Assembly (NCBI GenBank): GCA_051362555.1
Contig: CM120641.1
Span: 23,318,401-23,382,400 of the forward strand
Source: Lingula anatina
Lineage: Eukaryota > Animalia > Brachiopoda
DNA: 64,000 nucleotides
Direction: 5' to 3'
Position 1 is the stretch's first letter. Every line of letters begins with the position of its first letter. The position numbers and the translations under genes were made by a program. This document shows positions 37,801 to 51,130 of the stretch, piece after piece. The notes beneath the pieces were generated by a model. That model ran no database searches. It was given only the letters and a program-made list of their open reading frames with translations, and was not told the origin of the DNA.

Positions 37801-40800
37801 AGGGGAAACAAGAAATCAACAGTGTCTGCCCAGAAGGGTTCCCTTGTGAAGGAAGTGCCTCATTGTTCCAAAAGGCCAGGAAGCATTGAGGGAGAAGCAC
37901 CTGCAAAGAGGAAGAAAAAAAAGAGGAAATCAGTTGAAACTGTTTCAGTGATAACTGCCATTAATGGTGGTGACAGGGAAGATTTCATTGAAGATGTACA
38001 TCAGACAAATATCCAAGTAAATGTTGATTGTAAAAAAGGAGACATTCATAAGAATCATGATGTTGAAATTGAACCAGAGATGCACTCTGTCCAGTCTGAA
38101 AATGAAACTAACATTGATCATGACAACAATAAAGAAGAGTCTGGTGTAAATACTGAAGAGGAAAATGACACTGCTGACTTATTCCCATTTTATTACTCTC
38201 AGAAGTGCTTCACAAATCCAAAAACTGTTTTGCATAAGGATTTCAACTTGAAATCTCAGTCAAAGGTGAAACCCGCTCCTTCTCTGGCTGAGATGAGGGA
38301 AATATTCTCTCACATGGAACACAAGGAACAGTTGTCTCCTGTAGATGTCCTGGACCTGATAGATCAGTGGGAGAGGGAGAAAGTAGAGGTGACGGAATCA
38401 GATCTACCAGGTGTGATGGAGGAGAGGGAAGATGACTGGAGCAATGCATGGGATAAAAAAGTAGACTGTAAGTCTCCATTGCTTGTAGGGAAAACAGCTT
38501 CTGCAGAATCCAGTAAACAACCTATTAGATCTTCAGAATCACAAGAGCACAGGGGACTGCAAATGAGTTCTGCTTCAGACAAAAATACTAAAATCTCAGA
38601 ACCAGAGTTTGATCTCAGAATTCCCAGTGACTGGTCACATGAGTTGCCATCAGAAAATGATAATGGCTTCAACCTGACCAAGATCTCCAATTCTGAACTT
38701 AAAAATGAAATATCAGAACCACTGAGTAACATATCTGAAGTTAAAACTAAAATACTTGGCTCTGAAGCTAAGAGTAAGTTTTCTGATTTTAAGTCTGTTC
38801 TGGATGTAAACAGAGACTGTTGGGAAGGTCTACCCCAAGAGGAAACTGCTGACTTTGATCTCAGTGTTTGTGATCTATTTACTGATGAAACTGATGTTAA
38901 TGTCACTGACCAGAAATGTGACAATAATTTGGGCAAAATTGAACACAGGAAAAACAGTATTTGTAAACCTTCATTACTAAAGAAAAAGTCCAGTTCTCAT
39001 TTTCAGCAGAAATTTGTAAATGACCTGGAATTTAACAAAGAAGGTGATAATTCAAACAGTATGGACTTCTCAAATAATCTACTATGTCTGACCACTAATG
39101 TTAACCATGCAAAAGCAAGTTCTGAACAAAGTGCCAGTGGAAGTTTAGAAAGTGCTCTAAAACCACAGTCTTGTTCTACTGCCACTGTGGACAGGAAGGA
39201 CAAAAAGCAAGAGGACGCTACAAATAGTTTGATAGATAACAAATTATTATCACCAGATATTTCAGTCAAGGCACCTCATTTTTCATGTGACGGGCAGGCA
39301 AGCAGAACAAGCACCCCAATTGTTATTAACAAATTTGTGACCAGAGTGAAACAAAATAGCAGTTGTGCACCAGGCACTCCACTAAAAGAAGACCAGCAAG
39401 CTAACTTGTATCATGCTTCTTTCAATGATGATGAGGATGATCTCTTGGCTGCTGTGTGTACACCAACTCATCATTCCAAATCACACAATGCCACTACCTC
39501 ACAGTTCACTTTCACACAGGCCTTGAAGGCAGTGGATGACAGTTTTGAGGTTGGAGGACACCAGAGCATAGGTAACCATGGGGAGGAAGGTAACAAAACT
39601 AGACTTGTTAATGATTTACATTGTGTTGTCCAAAAAGATGAGAAATGGGCACTTAAAGATGTTGAACCCAAAGTTAATTTCACTGATAAAGAGAACGTGG
39701 ATGATTTGGAACCTTCAGAACCCCAGTTTGATCTTGGGTTTGATATGCTGGATGATTCAGACCTTGATGACGACGATGTTATTCCACCATCACCAGAACA
39801 TTTGGTACAGACATTGCAGTCAAGTATGGCTACCAGGCTTGGAAAGGGCTTCCCTACTGGTCTCAGTAGTCAACATTTTGGTACAGCAGTCAAGAACTTA
39901 GCTGAAAAAAATGTTGAAACAAAGAATATTGATGAACATTTTAAAAGAGGTGATCATGAGATTGTTTCCCAAGAATTGCTTCCATCATCACAAAAATATA
40001 GCAGTACTATAATGAAACAGGATTCAAAAGTAGATTTTTCCCAGGAGCCATGCAAGAGATCTAAATTTTCACTTAAAAGAAAGAGTCGTAGCCTGGAGAA
40101 AGCTGATCCATCTTGTCTGGTGGCGCCATCTTCCAGTCCTGCAGCAGACATAGTCTTCGGTCCCCCAGTGGCAGTGGTATCCCCACAGAGCCATTTGGTG
40201 AAATGTAAGTTTTAGAAACTTTTGTTAACAATTACTTTTTGTTTTGGTGTGTGATTTAAATGATTTTCTATTTTGTTATTTTACGCCTTATTGTATCAAT
40301 AAAATAAATAGGTAAAATGTTTTGTGTAGAAAGCATCCTTTCATCTACATGTACAGTAACAAGAGTCTATATTTTTTTCCCTATAAAAGCCTCTTCAGAT
40401 TCAGAAGAAGAAATTATTGTAAGGACAAAAAGGAAGAAAGTGCTGATGATCCAGTCCCAAGAAGTCAAGTCAGGTAGAGATATTCTTTTATAGATAGATA
40501 TTCTATCATTTGTCAATACAGTTATTATAATGTGGAAGAAACATCATAAATAGATAAATTGAACACTAATAAACTAATTAATGCACATTTCAGGAGATTG
40601 ACTAATTTTGTTTATTTTTTCTTCTAATTAGATACTGAGTGGAGTCCTAGTCCTCCCAAAAGGAAGCATTTCCCAAGTAGAAGCAAGGTAAAGTGTAATT
40701 TGTAAATTTTATCTCACCTTTGTCAAGAACTTTTTATCATCAAGGTGTAATATATAAAAGGGTTTTACATAGAATCTGAGATTGACAAAATCATAAGTTG

Positions 40801-43800
40801 CTAATGCAGGTCACCCCAGTGTTAATGCAACTCATCTGTGTGTTTACTGTGGTCTGATATTTGCAATAGTGGTCAGATTTGCATTAATGATGGCCTTATT
40901 TACATGTATGAGAAGAATGTCATTGCTGCACCTTTATTTTTACAGATCTGTGATGCAGTGACTGATGAAGAATCTCCAGTGGTCAAGCGGTCAGGCAGTA
41001 AGCCCAATAAGCTGGCATTTTTGTCCAGCTCAACTGATGTAGATGATGATGATGATTTCCAAGGTGGGTGTGGAAACCAGGAGAGAAACAACAGTGTGGG
41101 CCTGTTTTACAAAAGATCTTTAGTCTAAATATTGGTCGACTTTCAGACAATTTTTTACTGATTTGAATTGAAAAGGCAATTTTTTCTTGGATGTTCTCCT
41201 CATAAGGGCCTCCAGACCCTTCATTGCTAGTCCACTGAACTAATCATTTTCATTTTCAATGTCTTACTTTTGGATAATGTTTATACCAATTTTCCAAGAA
41301 GGTGTCTCAAATCATCATCTCGGTTTTTCAGTTCCTCCATTTTTGTCTGTTCCTCGGATCTGTATCTTCAGCTTGTGTCTGTCTTCTGTCTGCGTTAACT
41401 ACCTCCTTCCAAGTCACCCTTGGTCTACTTGGAGATCTCTTTCCCTCCACCTCAAACTCTGTTGTAAACTCCAGACATGCTGAAATTGGCCATGAATGGG
41501 AAAATTTGTCTGGACTGGTATAAAAAATTGGACTTGGTCTGACAAGAGTTTTAAGAGCCGCAACTTTGAATTTACAGTTATCATTTGACATACTTCCCTA
41601 ATAAAATTATATAAAACCCAAAGTGTTTTTCCCTTCCATTTCAAACCTATCACATTCACAAAGTAAGCTACCCTAATCGTACCGGTAGTATCTGTCTCAA
41701 ACGAATGGGGTGATTTTTGGTCCGACAAAAATCCATTCGGTCCGGCAAATTTTTCATTACTGCCGGTCCAAATGTTCGGCCATTCTGAAAAGTTTTCAGC
41801 ATGTCTGAAACTCTTTCCACCCAGTTGTCATCACTCCTCCTTTTTACATGTCCATGCCATCTCAGTCTGGAACACCATAACACATTCCTGATATTTTATA
41901 TCTCAGGGAAGTCAAAGTACTTCACTTTCTGAGAAGGTGTCTCAAAAAAGTAAAAATATTTCACCTGGTTGTTACTTCCAGTATTGATCCCAGTTTTTTG
42001 TAAAAAAAAAAAAAAAAGAAAATTATTGTGTATTAAGTGTTGTGTAGGTTTTGTATTTAAAGTGTTTGGTATTGTAGTAAAATTTGACCAAAATGTCTCT
42101 TGCTTTTTGTGTTCCAGATACAAAAGAAAAATTTAAGAAACCAGAAAATATTCCAGTAAAGTCAGGAAAGAAGAAACACAAAAAAGTGAGGATGTTTTTA
42201 CTATATAAATATTAATATAGCAGCATTGCTTCAAATATTCACATTTATTTATCAGAAAATACCACATGATAGACAAATAATGAACACTGTTATAACAAAA
42301 ATACACGTTTTTTATCAAAATATAAACCTATAGTATTAGATAAAATGTGTCTGTTCTGTTGTGGTGGAGAACAGTTATTTGAATGGGGTTGTGTATAGAA
42401 AATGCTGCCAGCCAGGGGTTTATGAAATTAGACAAAAATCGGTCAGTTGTATTATATGAGAGGACAGAAAATGTTAAGATGTAGTTTTACTTGCAGAAAA
42501 TCCAGTCAGCAGCCAAAGGTTTCCTGGATGAGGAAGCAGTCCTCAGTGATGAGGAGGCAGAACATGTGTCCAGTGATGAGGATGTAGAGGAGGAGGACTG
42601 CTATGATCGAAGTTTTATAAACGATGCCTCCCAGTGTACCCAGGCTCCTTGCAATGGTAAGGGAATATACTTGGTGGCATCTTGTGTTAAATGTCATAAA
42701 TTAAGAACTTGTGTTTTTTTTGGTGAAGATTAGGCTGAATGTCTTTGTATGATAACATTTAGTTATTAACTTGTTGTTAACTTTCTTCCCATAGATTCAG
42801 TTGATATGCATGCTGTGTATCTCAAGTCTGTACGTAGTCCTACACTGGGCAGATACAAGCTGAAGTATGACCACAGCCCTGATATCAATGTCTACTCACA
42901 GATGCCAGCAAAGGAAGAAGAGGAGTCACAATACATGGAGGACAGCTTCTGTGTTGGAAGTGATTTTGAAGACACAGGTAGAAAATAGGACATTCAGAAA
43001 ATGACATGCTTTTAATAGGAATTGGATATTAGCTTCTCATGTCATATTAATTTATGTTTTATGTGAAGACTTTTTACATAGGTGAACAGTACAGAAAGAA
43101 GCAAATCTGATATTTTTTAATATGCAAAATGATTGACACGTCATACCAGTTCTTTTTTGAAGAGAGGGGTGTATGTTTGTATGTGAAATTTTCTCATACT
43201 TTACATGGAAAATATACATTTTGATATGTTATTGTGAAACATTTCTATTATTTCAGCCTTGACAGAGGAAGATTCTTTTCTCCTGAATGATGATGCAACT
43301 GAAAAGGAAAGGACCACAAAAAGGGGTACAAAAACCTCAAAGGATAATGTTGGAAGAGTCACTGTCCCAAAACGGCGGAGAGTGATGCAGTTGGACATAA
43401 GTTCCAGTGATGAAGAGGAGGTTAATGCTCCAAAAGAAGATCAGATTGAGGCAATGACTTCATATAGGACACATGCGGAAAATGCAAATAAATCACCATT
43501 TAAACCACACATCCCTATAGTAACAAGGGTTCATACATTTTCTGAAAATGAGAAAATGAAAGCACATGATGTTTTTAAAACACCAAGTTTGCTGGAAAGA
43601 TGCCAGCAGAGAAGACAGACATACCATGTTGGTAAGGAAACAGTCTCATCGTTGACTTCAAGACAGTCCAAAGCTTTAACAGACTCGATTTTAGGTACAG
43701 CTAGCACAGGTAGTACATCAACTGCAGATACATTTACAGCAAACTGTCAGTCTGCAGTTGACAAAGCAAGGCAAGAGAGGCTAAGAAAGCAGAAGGAAAA

Positions 43801-46465
43801 ACAACAAGAGTTTCAGAGAAAATTGGCAGAGAAAAGAAAGCAGCAGGCAGCCATGTCTAGTTTTGATGATTCTGAGACCAGTGTGACACGTCCTCCAGAT
43901 AAATCTGACCCAGGAGTAAGTTTGTCTTATCCCAAGGAGTCCGAGACAATAAACAGCATATCATCTCCTCCTCCTCAGGAAAGGAGTCCTTTTCAACTGG
44001 TCACAAGTCCTGGGGTAACTAATAACATTTTATTTTGCATTACTTGAAAGGCTTATTAAAAAGAAACTGAAAGAAGGTTGCTTTATGTTTAATACAGAAA
44101 AAGCATTGGTCAATGCATTTCTAGATGCAGTATTATTCTTACTGCTATCAGTAAGCTTTTTAAGTATAGAAAATAATGAGAGCTTCATTAATAGCTAATT
44201 TTTCCTGTATTTCTTATTAACTTTTAAACTTTAAAGTTCGCCCCACATGGGACGAAGAGGAATGATGATGATGGTGATGTCATATTTTAATGGTGTTTGA
44301 AATGAAAAAGATGGATTATTTTATTTCCCTGTAGTGTAAGAAGAGACCACCTGGCAAGCTTATCATAATTGTGGATTCTAAGGAAATCAGTGGCGCCCAG
44401 GTACGGCAGGAGACTTGTGAAGGCTTTGAGAGAATTTTAAGCGTTTAGTACATCTTTTTTAAATATCAGCATATGACAGTGAAGGGTCTAAAGTGAGTTT
44501 TCTATTATTTGTATCAGATAAAGTATCGGAGATTTTGTCTTAACTGAAGGCGAAACCTAAATATGCATTTTAATCCTAGGACTTGGTCTCAGACTTGCGC
44601 CTTAAGCACAATGTCCATGCAGTGGTGAGGCAACTCCAGGGCTGTGACTATGTGGTCAGTAACAGGATGGGGGTGGAGAGGAGAACCTGGTCTGGTAAGA
44701 GATGCCTGGTATATGTTCTGTTGCTTAAATATCTTATATATCTGAATGCAGTATTATGTGTATATAATATTGCACTCAGATTGTTTCCATTTTAGATTTC
44801 AGTTAGTTGATACAAATGTCTGTTTAATCAGTGTTTGAAAGCAGATACATTAAAAGGTCACAAAATTCACAACAGTCTTTTATTTCCAGATTCAAAATTG
44901 GAAAAACTAATTATCTCCAATACTATGTTGACACTCCATTGTATCAAAACCCTATTTGTTATCAAATTACTTTGCTGATTACAGACTTTGGCAATGGAGC
45001 CCACAGAGCCAAGTTGGTGGAGAGGGTCAAGCGACTGACCACTCTGTATGATAGACCAGTGGTCATCCTGGAGAAGGACAGGGTTAAAACTGGGGAAGAG
45101 AAGATGTCTAAAACTTTGTAAGGGATATTTTTGGCAGAGCACATAATAAGATATTAATCATACCATCTGTCACATTCTTCCATGGTACAACACTGGTCTC
45201 TTATTTGGATTAAATTGATGTATATTTTCTGTGTTCTAAACTTTCTTTTATATATAAAATGGAGGAAAACCTCAGAAAGGACAAAAATTTCTGTCCCTGA
45301 AGTGTTTTTGTTGACAATGCATTGTAAGGGTAAACTTTTACCTCCTATCTTGATGTGTGTTAAATCTTTCATTATGAAGTGGACCGTTACATTTTAAGAC
45401 ACCAAATGATATTGCCCATTTTTACTGGTAAGACCTTTCAATATCTATAAAGTTACACATCAAGCAGATTCAATAAACATGTCAGTTTTGTTTTGGTAGC
45501 TATAAACACTGTTTTTCATATTTCAGCATTCACAGTAAATATTTTGACAGCATGCTTGCTTATCTGGCCCAGACACATATCAAGGTCCTTTTCAGTGAAT
45601 CACAAGGTCTGTGCAGAAGTTCCATTTTTCTTTATACTTATTGTGAATTTTCTAACATGATTTTATTTTTAAAACTTTTGAATTTGGGCTGCTCAAATGC
45701 TGATGAAATGGAAAAAATAGCAATTCAATTTTAACCATGTATTTAATCAACAACTAGTCACATGTAGCATCTCTCATTCTTTTCTGCATTACTAAAATAT
45801 ATATAGTCTAGGTATAGGACAGTTATACAGTGAGATTACTCCTGATTATGAAACTTGGCTATTCTTTCAGCGGAATCTGCAGAACTGTTAGCCCTGCTCT
45901 CACAGCAAGAAGGCAAGAAAGAGATGAGTATTACTGCACCTACTGACCTCAGCAGACGACAAGAACAGCTGCTGAAATTGTATCTCTCACTGCCTGCTGT
46001 AAACTATGTTGAGGCTCTCAACTTGTGCCATGGCTTCAAAAGCTTCACTGAACTTGTTAATAGGTAAGTAGAAATTCACAGAACCTATGAAGAGGAATGC
46101 GGACACCAATCTCAGATGGAAAATATACATAATTGAATTAATCAGCTAAGTTAATAAGGCTGCATAAAGTAATAGATATAGTTACTTTCTTCTAATAAAA
46201 AATTTTTGTAACTTAATAATTCTTTATATTATATTTTTTAGAGGCATATTAATAATTATATAGGTATTTTGGGTAAGGAATAATTCAAATTGTTCTGTTA
46301 ATTTTTGTTATACATTACAAATCTAAGTACTAATTAATTTTTTTTTTCTAACATCACAGCTCCATCATAAGTATCCAGTGGAAAGGGAGGATGTCAGCCA
46401 ACAAGGCTGCCCAAGTACATCATTATTTACACCACCATTTTGACCTACAGATGACAAGCAAGTGA
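31831..46465 (+). CDS. FANCM: Fanconi anemia group M DEAH helicase/translocase, 26 exons
   Basis: Exons 31831-32524, 32749-32921, 33102-33179, 33339-33497, 33781-33912, 34178-34401, 34724-34842, 35124-35290, 35562-35768, 35981-36212, 36449-36585, 37008-37152, 37412-40204, 40390-40473, 40632-40687, 40946-41063, 42118-42185, 42497-42656, 42795-42977, 43257-44014, 44335-44400, 44580-44694, 44985-45117, 45527-45606, 45871-46063, 46360-46465. Motifs: PIP box [70 protein letters not shown] (MM2-like), FLDEEA, ERCC4-like domain. Confidence 0.96.
41300..41920 (-). mobile_element. 3' remnant of an RTE-clade LINE, interrupted by a MITE
   Basis: With the MITE removed, the - strand reads approximately [47 protein letters not shown]...DPRNRQKWR. 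This matches the RLRWxGHV...GxRxRGRP..W C-terminal signature of RTE ORFs. Confidence 0.75.
41472..41807. mobile_element. MITE with CAGACATGCTGAAA TIRs and 6-bp TSD, copy B
   Basis: Perfect 14-bp TIR. TSD AAACTC at 41466-41471 and 41808-41813. Confidence 0.88.
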
Positions 46466-46924
46466 TCACTTGACTTAAATGGAAGTCAACTGGGGAATTG
46501 TTAACTAATCTGAATGTAAAAATACATAATCAGACCTTTCTTGTGGCACTTTAAAATCATGGTATCATTATACATATCAACTTCGCAGTAAGTGCTGAAA
46601 ATGGTGTGAGGTTACATGTATCTTAATACACCAGGTTAATGTTTCAATTGATACAAGAACATTTCCTCACATAGGGTTTGCCTCTGTAAGAGGTGTATTG
46701 CATTTATTGCCCAGTAGAGAACATTGAAGAAGAAATTATTTCAGTATATTTGGAGACCTAAGATCTCCATATGGCTGACTATAAATTTAAAAAGAATATT
46801 TGCATGACTTTCTTACATATTCATTGTGCAATAAATCAACTGGTGCTATGTCAAGTCAATAAATATATTTTTGAAGACTGGGGTTTTATATTATTTTAAA
46901 AGTTGCCAAAGCAATAACCAGCAG

Positions 46925-47185
46925 GGCCCAGTTTTATAAAGGACGTTTAGCACTAACCAGTGTTTAACTCTAACCAGACCTAAATAGTCTGTTAGCAAAC
47001 TGACCTGTAAATAATTATTCAATCCAGTTAAACACTGGCCAGTTAACTAATTGGCTGTTTTCCGTCAGAAGACTGTATATAAAACACATTTTAACCATCT
47101 TTTAGTTAATGGGTGTTAGGGGAATTTATCCACTGGTTAGGCTTATCCACTGGCTAGTGCTAAACGTCCTTTATAAAACTGGGCC
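46925..47185. mobile_element. Harbinger-like MITE with CAG TSD
   Basis: Perfect ~31-bp TIR GGCCCAGTTTTATAAAGGACGTTTAGCACTA / TAGTGCTAAACGTCCTTTATAAAACTGGGCC. TSD CAG at 46922-46924 and 47186-47188. Confidence 0.88.
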
Positions 47186-47796
47186 CAGGACGACAAAAAC
47201 CTGCAACATTATTAAATTTTACAGTGGTATTTATTTTTCCATTCTTTTAAAAAGAGTATTGATTTTCCAAGTTGGTTATAATCCTCAGCACAAACTTAAA
47301 ACAATCCTGATGCTTAAATTCTACCATTTGCACTCCAGATTGCTCTAGTAAAATTGGACTGTAGGACTAGCGTCCACAGATCTGACTTACTAAATTAAAA
47401 GGTTTTGTGGGATAAAGAACGGAAAATCTTAAAAGCTGGAGAAGTTTTGAGCAAATATTTTATTGAACAATTCAGTGTTTGTGTATTATTGCAGTCTTTT
47501 ATACAACCAAGGTATTTGCCACATATGCTTTGTCAATGTTTTAAATGCTGTACAAACTGACAGCAAAAGCCACTAGAGTAGTGGGCTCTTAAACATAATT
47601 GCACTGTGTAACAAAATAGCTACTAAAATACCATTGCAATATGTATTAGGAAGAAATTTTAATGCCAATTTGAAAATAACATTTGAGTTTTTGAAGTTAA
47701 ATACATTTTCCATTTTAGTGTTTAATGTGCATAGTACAGTCCTTATATGACTTTTAATTCAATTTCTCCCTTAGAATGATTTTAAAATGAGTACTT

Positions 47797-50417
47797 TTAA
47801 GTAAGCTTTAAAGATGTGAATGTTGAGCTTAAAGTCTTCAGACTGACAACTCGTCGTCTTGGAACTAGTCTCAGGCTCGGTGGTAACCTGTTGTACACAG
47901 CCACTATGAATGTGACTATTATCACAGCGACCAGGAGAACATATCCAAGTGTGAGAGATGGGGCAAGGAACTGGAATGAAAAGATAATGATATCAATGCT
48001 TTAAATGACCAGGACTTCACACATATTAAGATAACTGGAATTAGAAGTGATTTCAAGTGTGATTTGCCAATACAGATGTAAAAGTAATAGCAGTTGTGAA
48101 ACTGGTGCAAGGTTATTCAAATGTGAGTGATTGGGCTAGGAACTGGAGCTGATTGACAATCATTTAAATGCTGATAATGATTGTTAAAAAGCTATTATAT
48201 ATGAGGTTTGAAGTTGTTTCACCAAACAAAGATTATCCTTTTCTGGGGTGCTCAGAAATGAATTTGATGGATAACATTACTGCAATTAATTATAAATATT
48301 TCACAGTTATATCAAAAACTGATTAAAAACTTACGAAAAATATTTATCTGACTTATATTTGTTAAAGTCTTAACCTCACCTCTACTCCTAGTTCCAGAGA
48401 CATCTGCCTATCTTTCCAATCCACTAAATATGTAAATAAAGCTTTGTACATTGGTTGTAAGGTTTCAACAACATCCTGGAAGTAATAAATACTAAATTTA
48501 TTTCATTGGCCTAATAAATAAGACATTCTTTATCTTTCCCTTATCATTTTGGATTAAAACCCACAAACTGCAAGGTTTTTTTAAATAGTCACAATGACTT
48601 GACAATAAATACAGTACATGCACCAGATAATTGATAAATGCTAAATAGCAAATAATTGCCACATGAATAATGTACCTGTAATGCATGACTAGGTGGGTTG
48701 AAAAGATCAAAACACTGTGCACCTTTATGATCCCCCTCTCCCCATAATTCTATTGCCAAGGAAAAAGGAACCTAAAAAACACATTAAATCAAGATATAAT
48801 TAAACAAAAAGAAATGAAAATTAAAATTATAACCTGAAATTCACACAATTTACAATTAAAGCTTTCACATTTAAACTGGCATTTTTCTGAACGATGAAGA
48901 ATTTTTCAAATAAGAGTTTCTTTGTATTTTTTTCATAAAAAGTTTTTATTGATTACTTTTTTGACTCCTGCCATGTAGTCAAATATTGTGCCATCTGCTG
49001 TATATTGGTTTATCTTATTAGCCACACCATAAGTAAACTTGTATGCAGTGGAATGAGAGAGTTTAGAAGCCAACTGAAGCATGGCAGCTACATTTTCTGG
49101 TGAACGATGAATGGACTTGGATCTTGTATCTAAAGAGAATAAAGTGCCTCAATGTTATATGTATCATGTACATATAATGTCAGGAAAGGTACAGTATAAG
49201 GCAATATAATTTAAAACCCAAGTTATTTTGCTTTGGAAATAAAGTCTGTATTACGTTTCTTTAAACAATTGCTTTGTTACTAATGTAATTTATGTTTAAA
49301 ACTACAATATTTTGCTTCATTCTGAATTTTTCCCCATTCAACAAAACAGGGTAGGGAGATGTCTTCATCTTCCTATTCTTACCTGCAAATGGCACATAAA
49401 TCTGCCGAATTCCTGAGTGAAAAGAGACAAAAGCATCGAATCTATACCTTGAAACAAGTTCTTTGAAAACAAGGCTTTCAGGTTCTGAAATAAACAAATT
49501 CCTGAACATTTGTAATGAAAAACTTGCTAGCTTATTTAAAAAAAGATAAAAAAAAGGATGTGAAAAATTCAAGTGTCACATTTGTTAAGCACAACAAATA
49601 TAGGTGTGTTTATCAATTCATTGTATGTATACATAACTACTCAATAGCTTTGCAAAAGAACTTCAATTCCACCAAATTGCTGTTAGATTAAAAGAAAAGG
49701 TTATTCACTTCTGCAAATGCTACCTGAGAATGCATGCTCCCCCCTGTACTCTTCATCTGCCTTATCTGCCTTGCTCCCTGGCCCCCCATAGTTCCAGTCA
49801 AAGTTCCTGTTCAGATCTACTCCTGTGCTAGTTCCCCGCCAGCAGTAGTTTCCCGTCCTCTCCACATAATTCCTGCCATCTGGGTTCACCATCACTATGA
49901 TAAACAAATCTAATCGACTTAAAATAAATCTGGAGTATGTTTCCTCAGGTGAATCTTTAGGTTCACGTAAACCTTTTGTTAACCTCTTCAAAAAATAAAA
50001 CAAGGTTTCTACTGGCAGAAATTCTCTAGAATGTTCACCATATGAAAGAAGAACTTTAAGTTTTGTGGCTGGTATAGTGCTGCCATGAATATTAGAAGAA
50101 GTGCTGCCCGTGAAGTTTGTCACTCTGATCAGTAGCTGTGGTCTGCCTTCTCTGGAGAGATGTGTATAGTCAAGTTTCATATAATCCCAATTTCTGAAAG
50201 CTATATCTTCTACTGTCCTCTTTATGGTTGATAAATTGTGATAAACATTATAGTCTGGGAGATATTTTTCTTTTTTAGGCTGTACATTTCCAGCATGAGA
50301 ATAGTTTATGATGAGAAAAAGCTGTAGTAAAATATGAATACAAAATGAAATAAAAGGTAAATTATTCTTACACAAGTGAGTGTAAAAACCTTCAGCAAAT
50401 TTACCTATACATTGCAT
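47797..50417 (-). CDS. M14 zinc carboxypeptidase (CPA-like) with signal peptide and C-terminal transmembrane helix, 6 exons
   Basis: Exons 50417-49724, 49484-49383, 49129-48957, 48771-48676, 48475-48380, 47970-47797 splice in frame. Zinc/catalytic motifs GEHSRE, NPDG, GVDLNRNF, AFSEPE, SFHSG, AIELWG. Hydrophobic C-terminal segment LGYVLLVAVIIVTFIVAVY followed by basic residues. Confidence 0.9.
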
Positions 50418-50499
50418 GTTGATATACTAATACACATAGTTCGGATTGAAAACCTTTAAAAGTTTACTGATGCTTTTTCATTGCTAATAAATTGTACGC

Positions 50500-51130
50500 A
50501 GTTTATATTTTGGGATACTTCTCAGCAAATAAAAGACGTATTTGAGCTGCAGATCCATTTTCTAGTCATAAAATGTCTTGGCCTGACGGGATGAATCACG
50601 AATGTTCCCTAACGCATCGTCAACGAGAAACTGAAACCTCAGACACAAGATTCTGAAGAAATCCAGTTATCCTCTCTCCTTACTCCAGAGAACCGGTGAA
50701 CCATTGGGCTATTGCATATGGCACTAAATGTATAATAAGCTATCACCTGCGTCGATGATAAATATTTTTGTGTGGCCGGAAGTACTATGCTCAGAGTTAA
50801 GAAGTTATTCATCGATTCGTTTCTGAAAGCCAAGATTATAAATCTATCGATCACGTTTTGATAAGTTTTCGTATTTTGCATCAATGAATAATGTTACCAT
50901 GGTCTTAAGCAGATAAAGTTTAAAAAATCATTATCATTATGCTTTATTTGGAAACTAAATCAGCCGCGTCTTAACCTCTTGACCTAGTTTCAGAGCGAGT
51001 CCCTGACACATTACTCATTACACAGAGGAAGTGTGGTGAAGAAATCTGGCAGATTGAAAAACAACCCGTTCATTAAATCACAACGAAATGTTTCCAGATC
51101 TTAAAAACAAGAAACGTGGTAAGTATAACT
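50500..51130. promoter_or_regulatory. Probable divergent promoter region carboxypeptidase/HEATR5B, with a candidate HEATR5B non-coding first exon
   Basis: CpG-richer stretch. Strong donor G|GTAAGT at 51118/51119. The HEATR5B ATG exon begins after an acceptor at 53947, which implies an upstream UTR exon. Confidence 0.4.

Noticed and set aside
23307-40151. Antisense and alternative-frame ORFs overlapping the large exons of PPP1R37, MAP10 and FANCM
   Set aside because: Shadow ORFs of real coding exons with no independent motifs.
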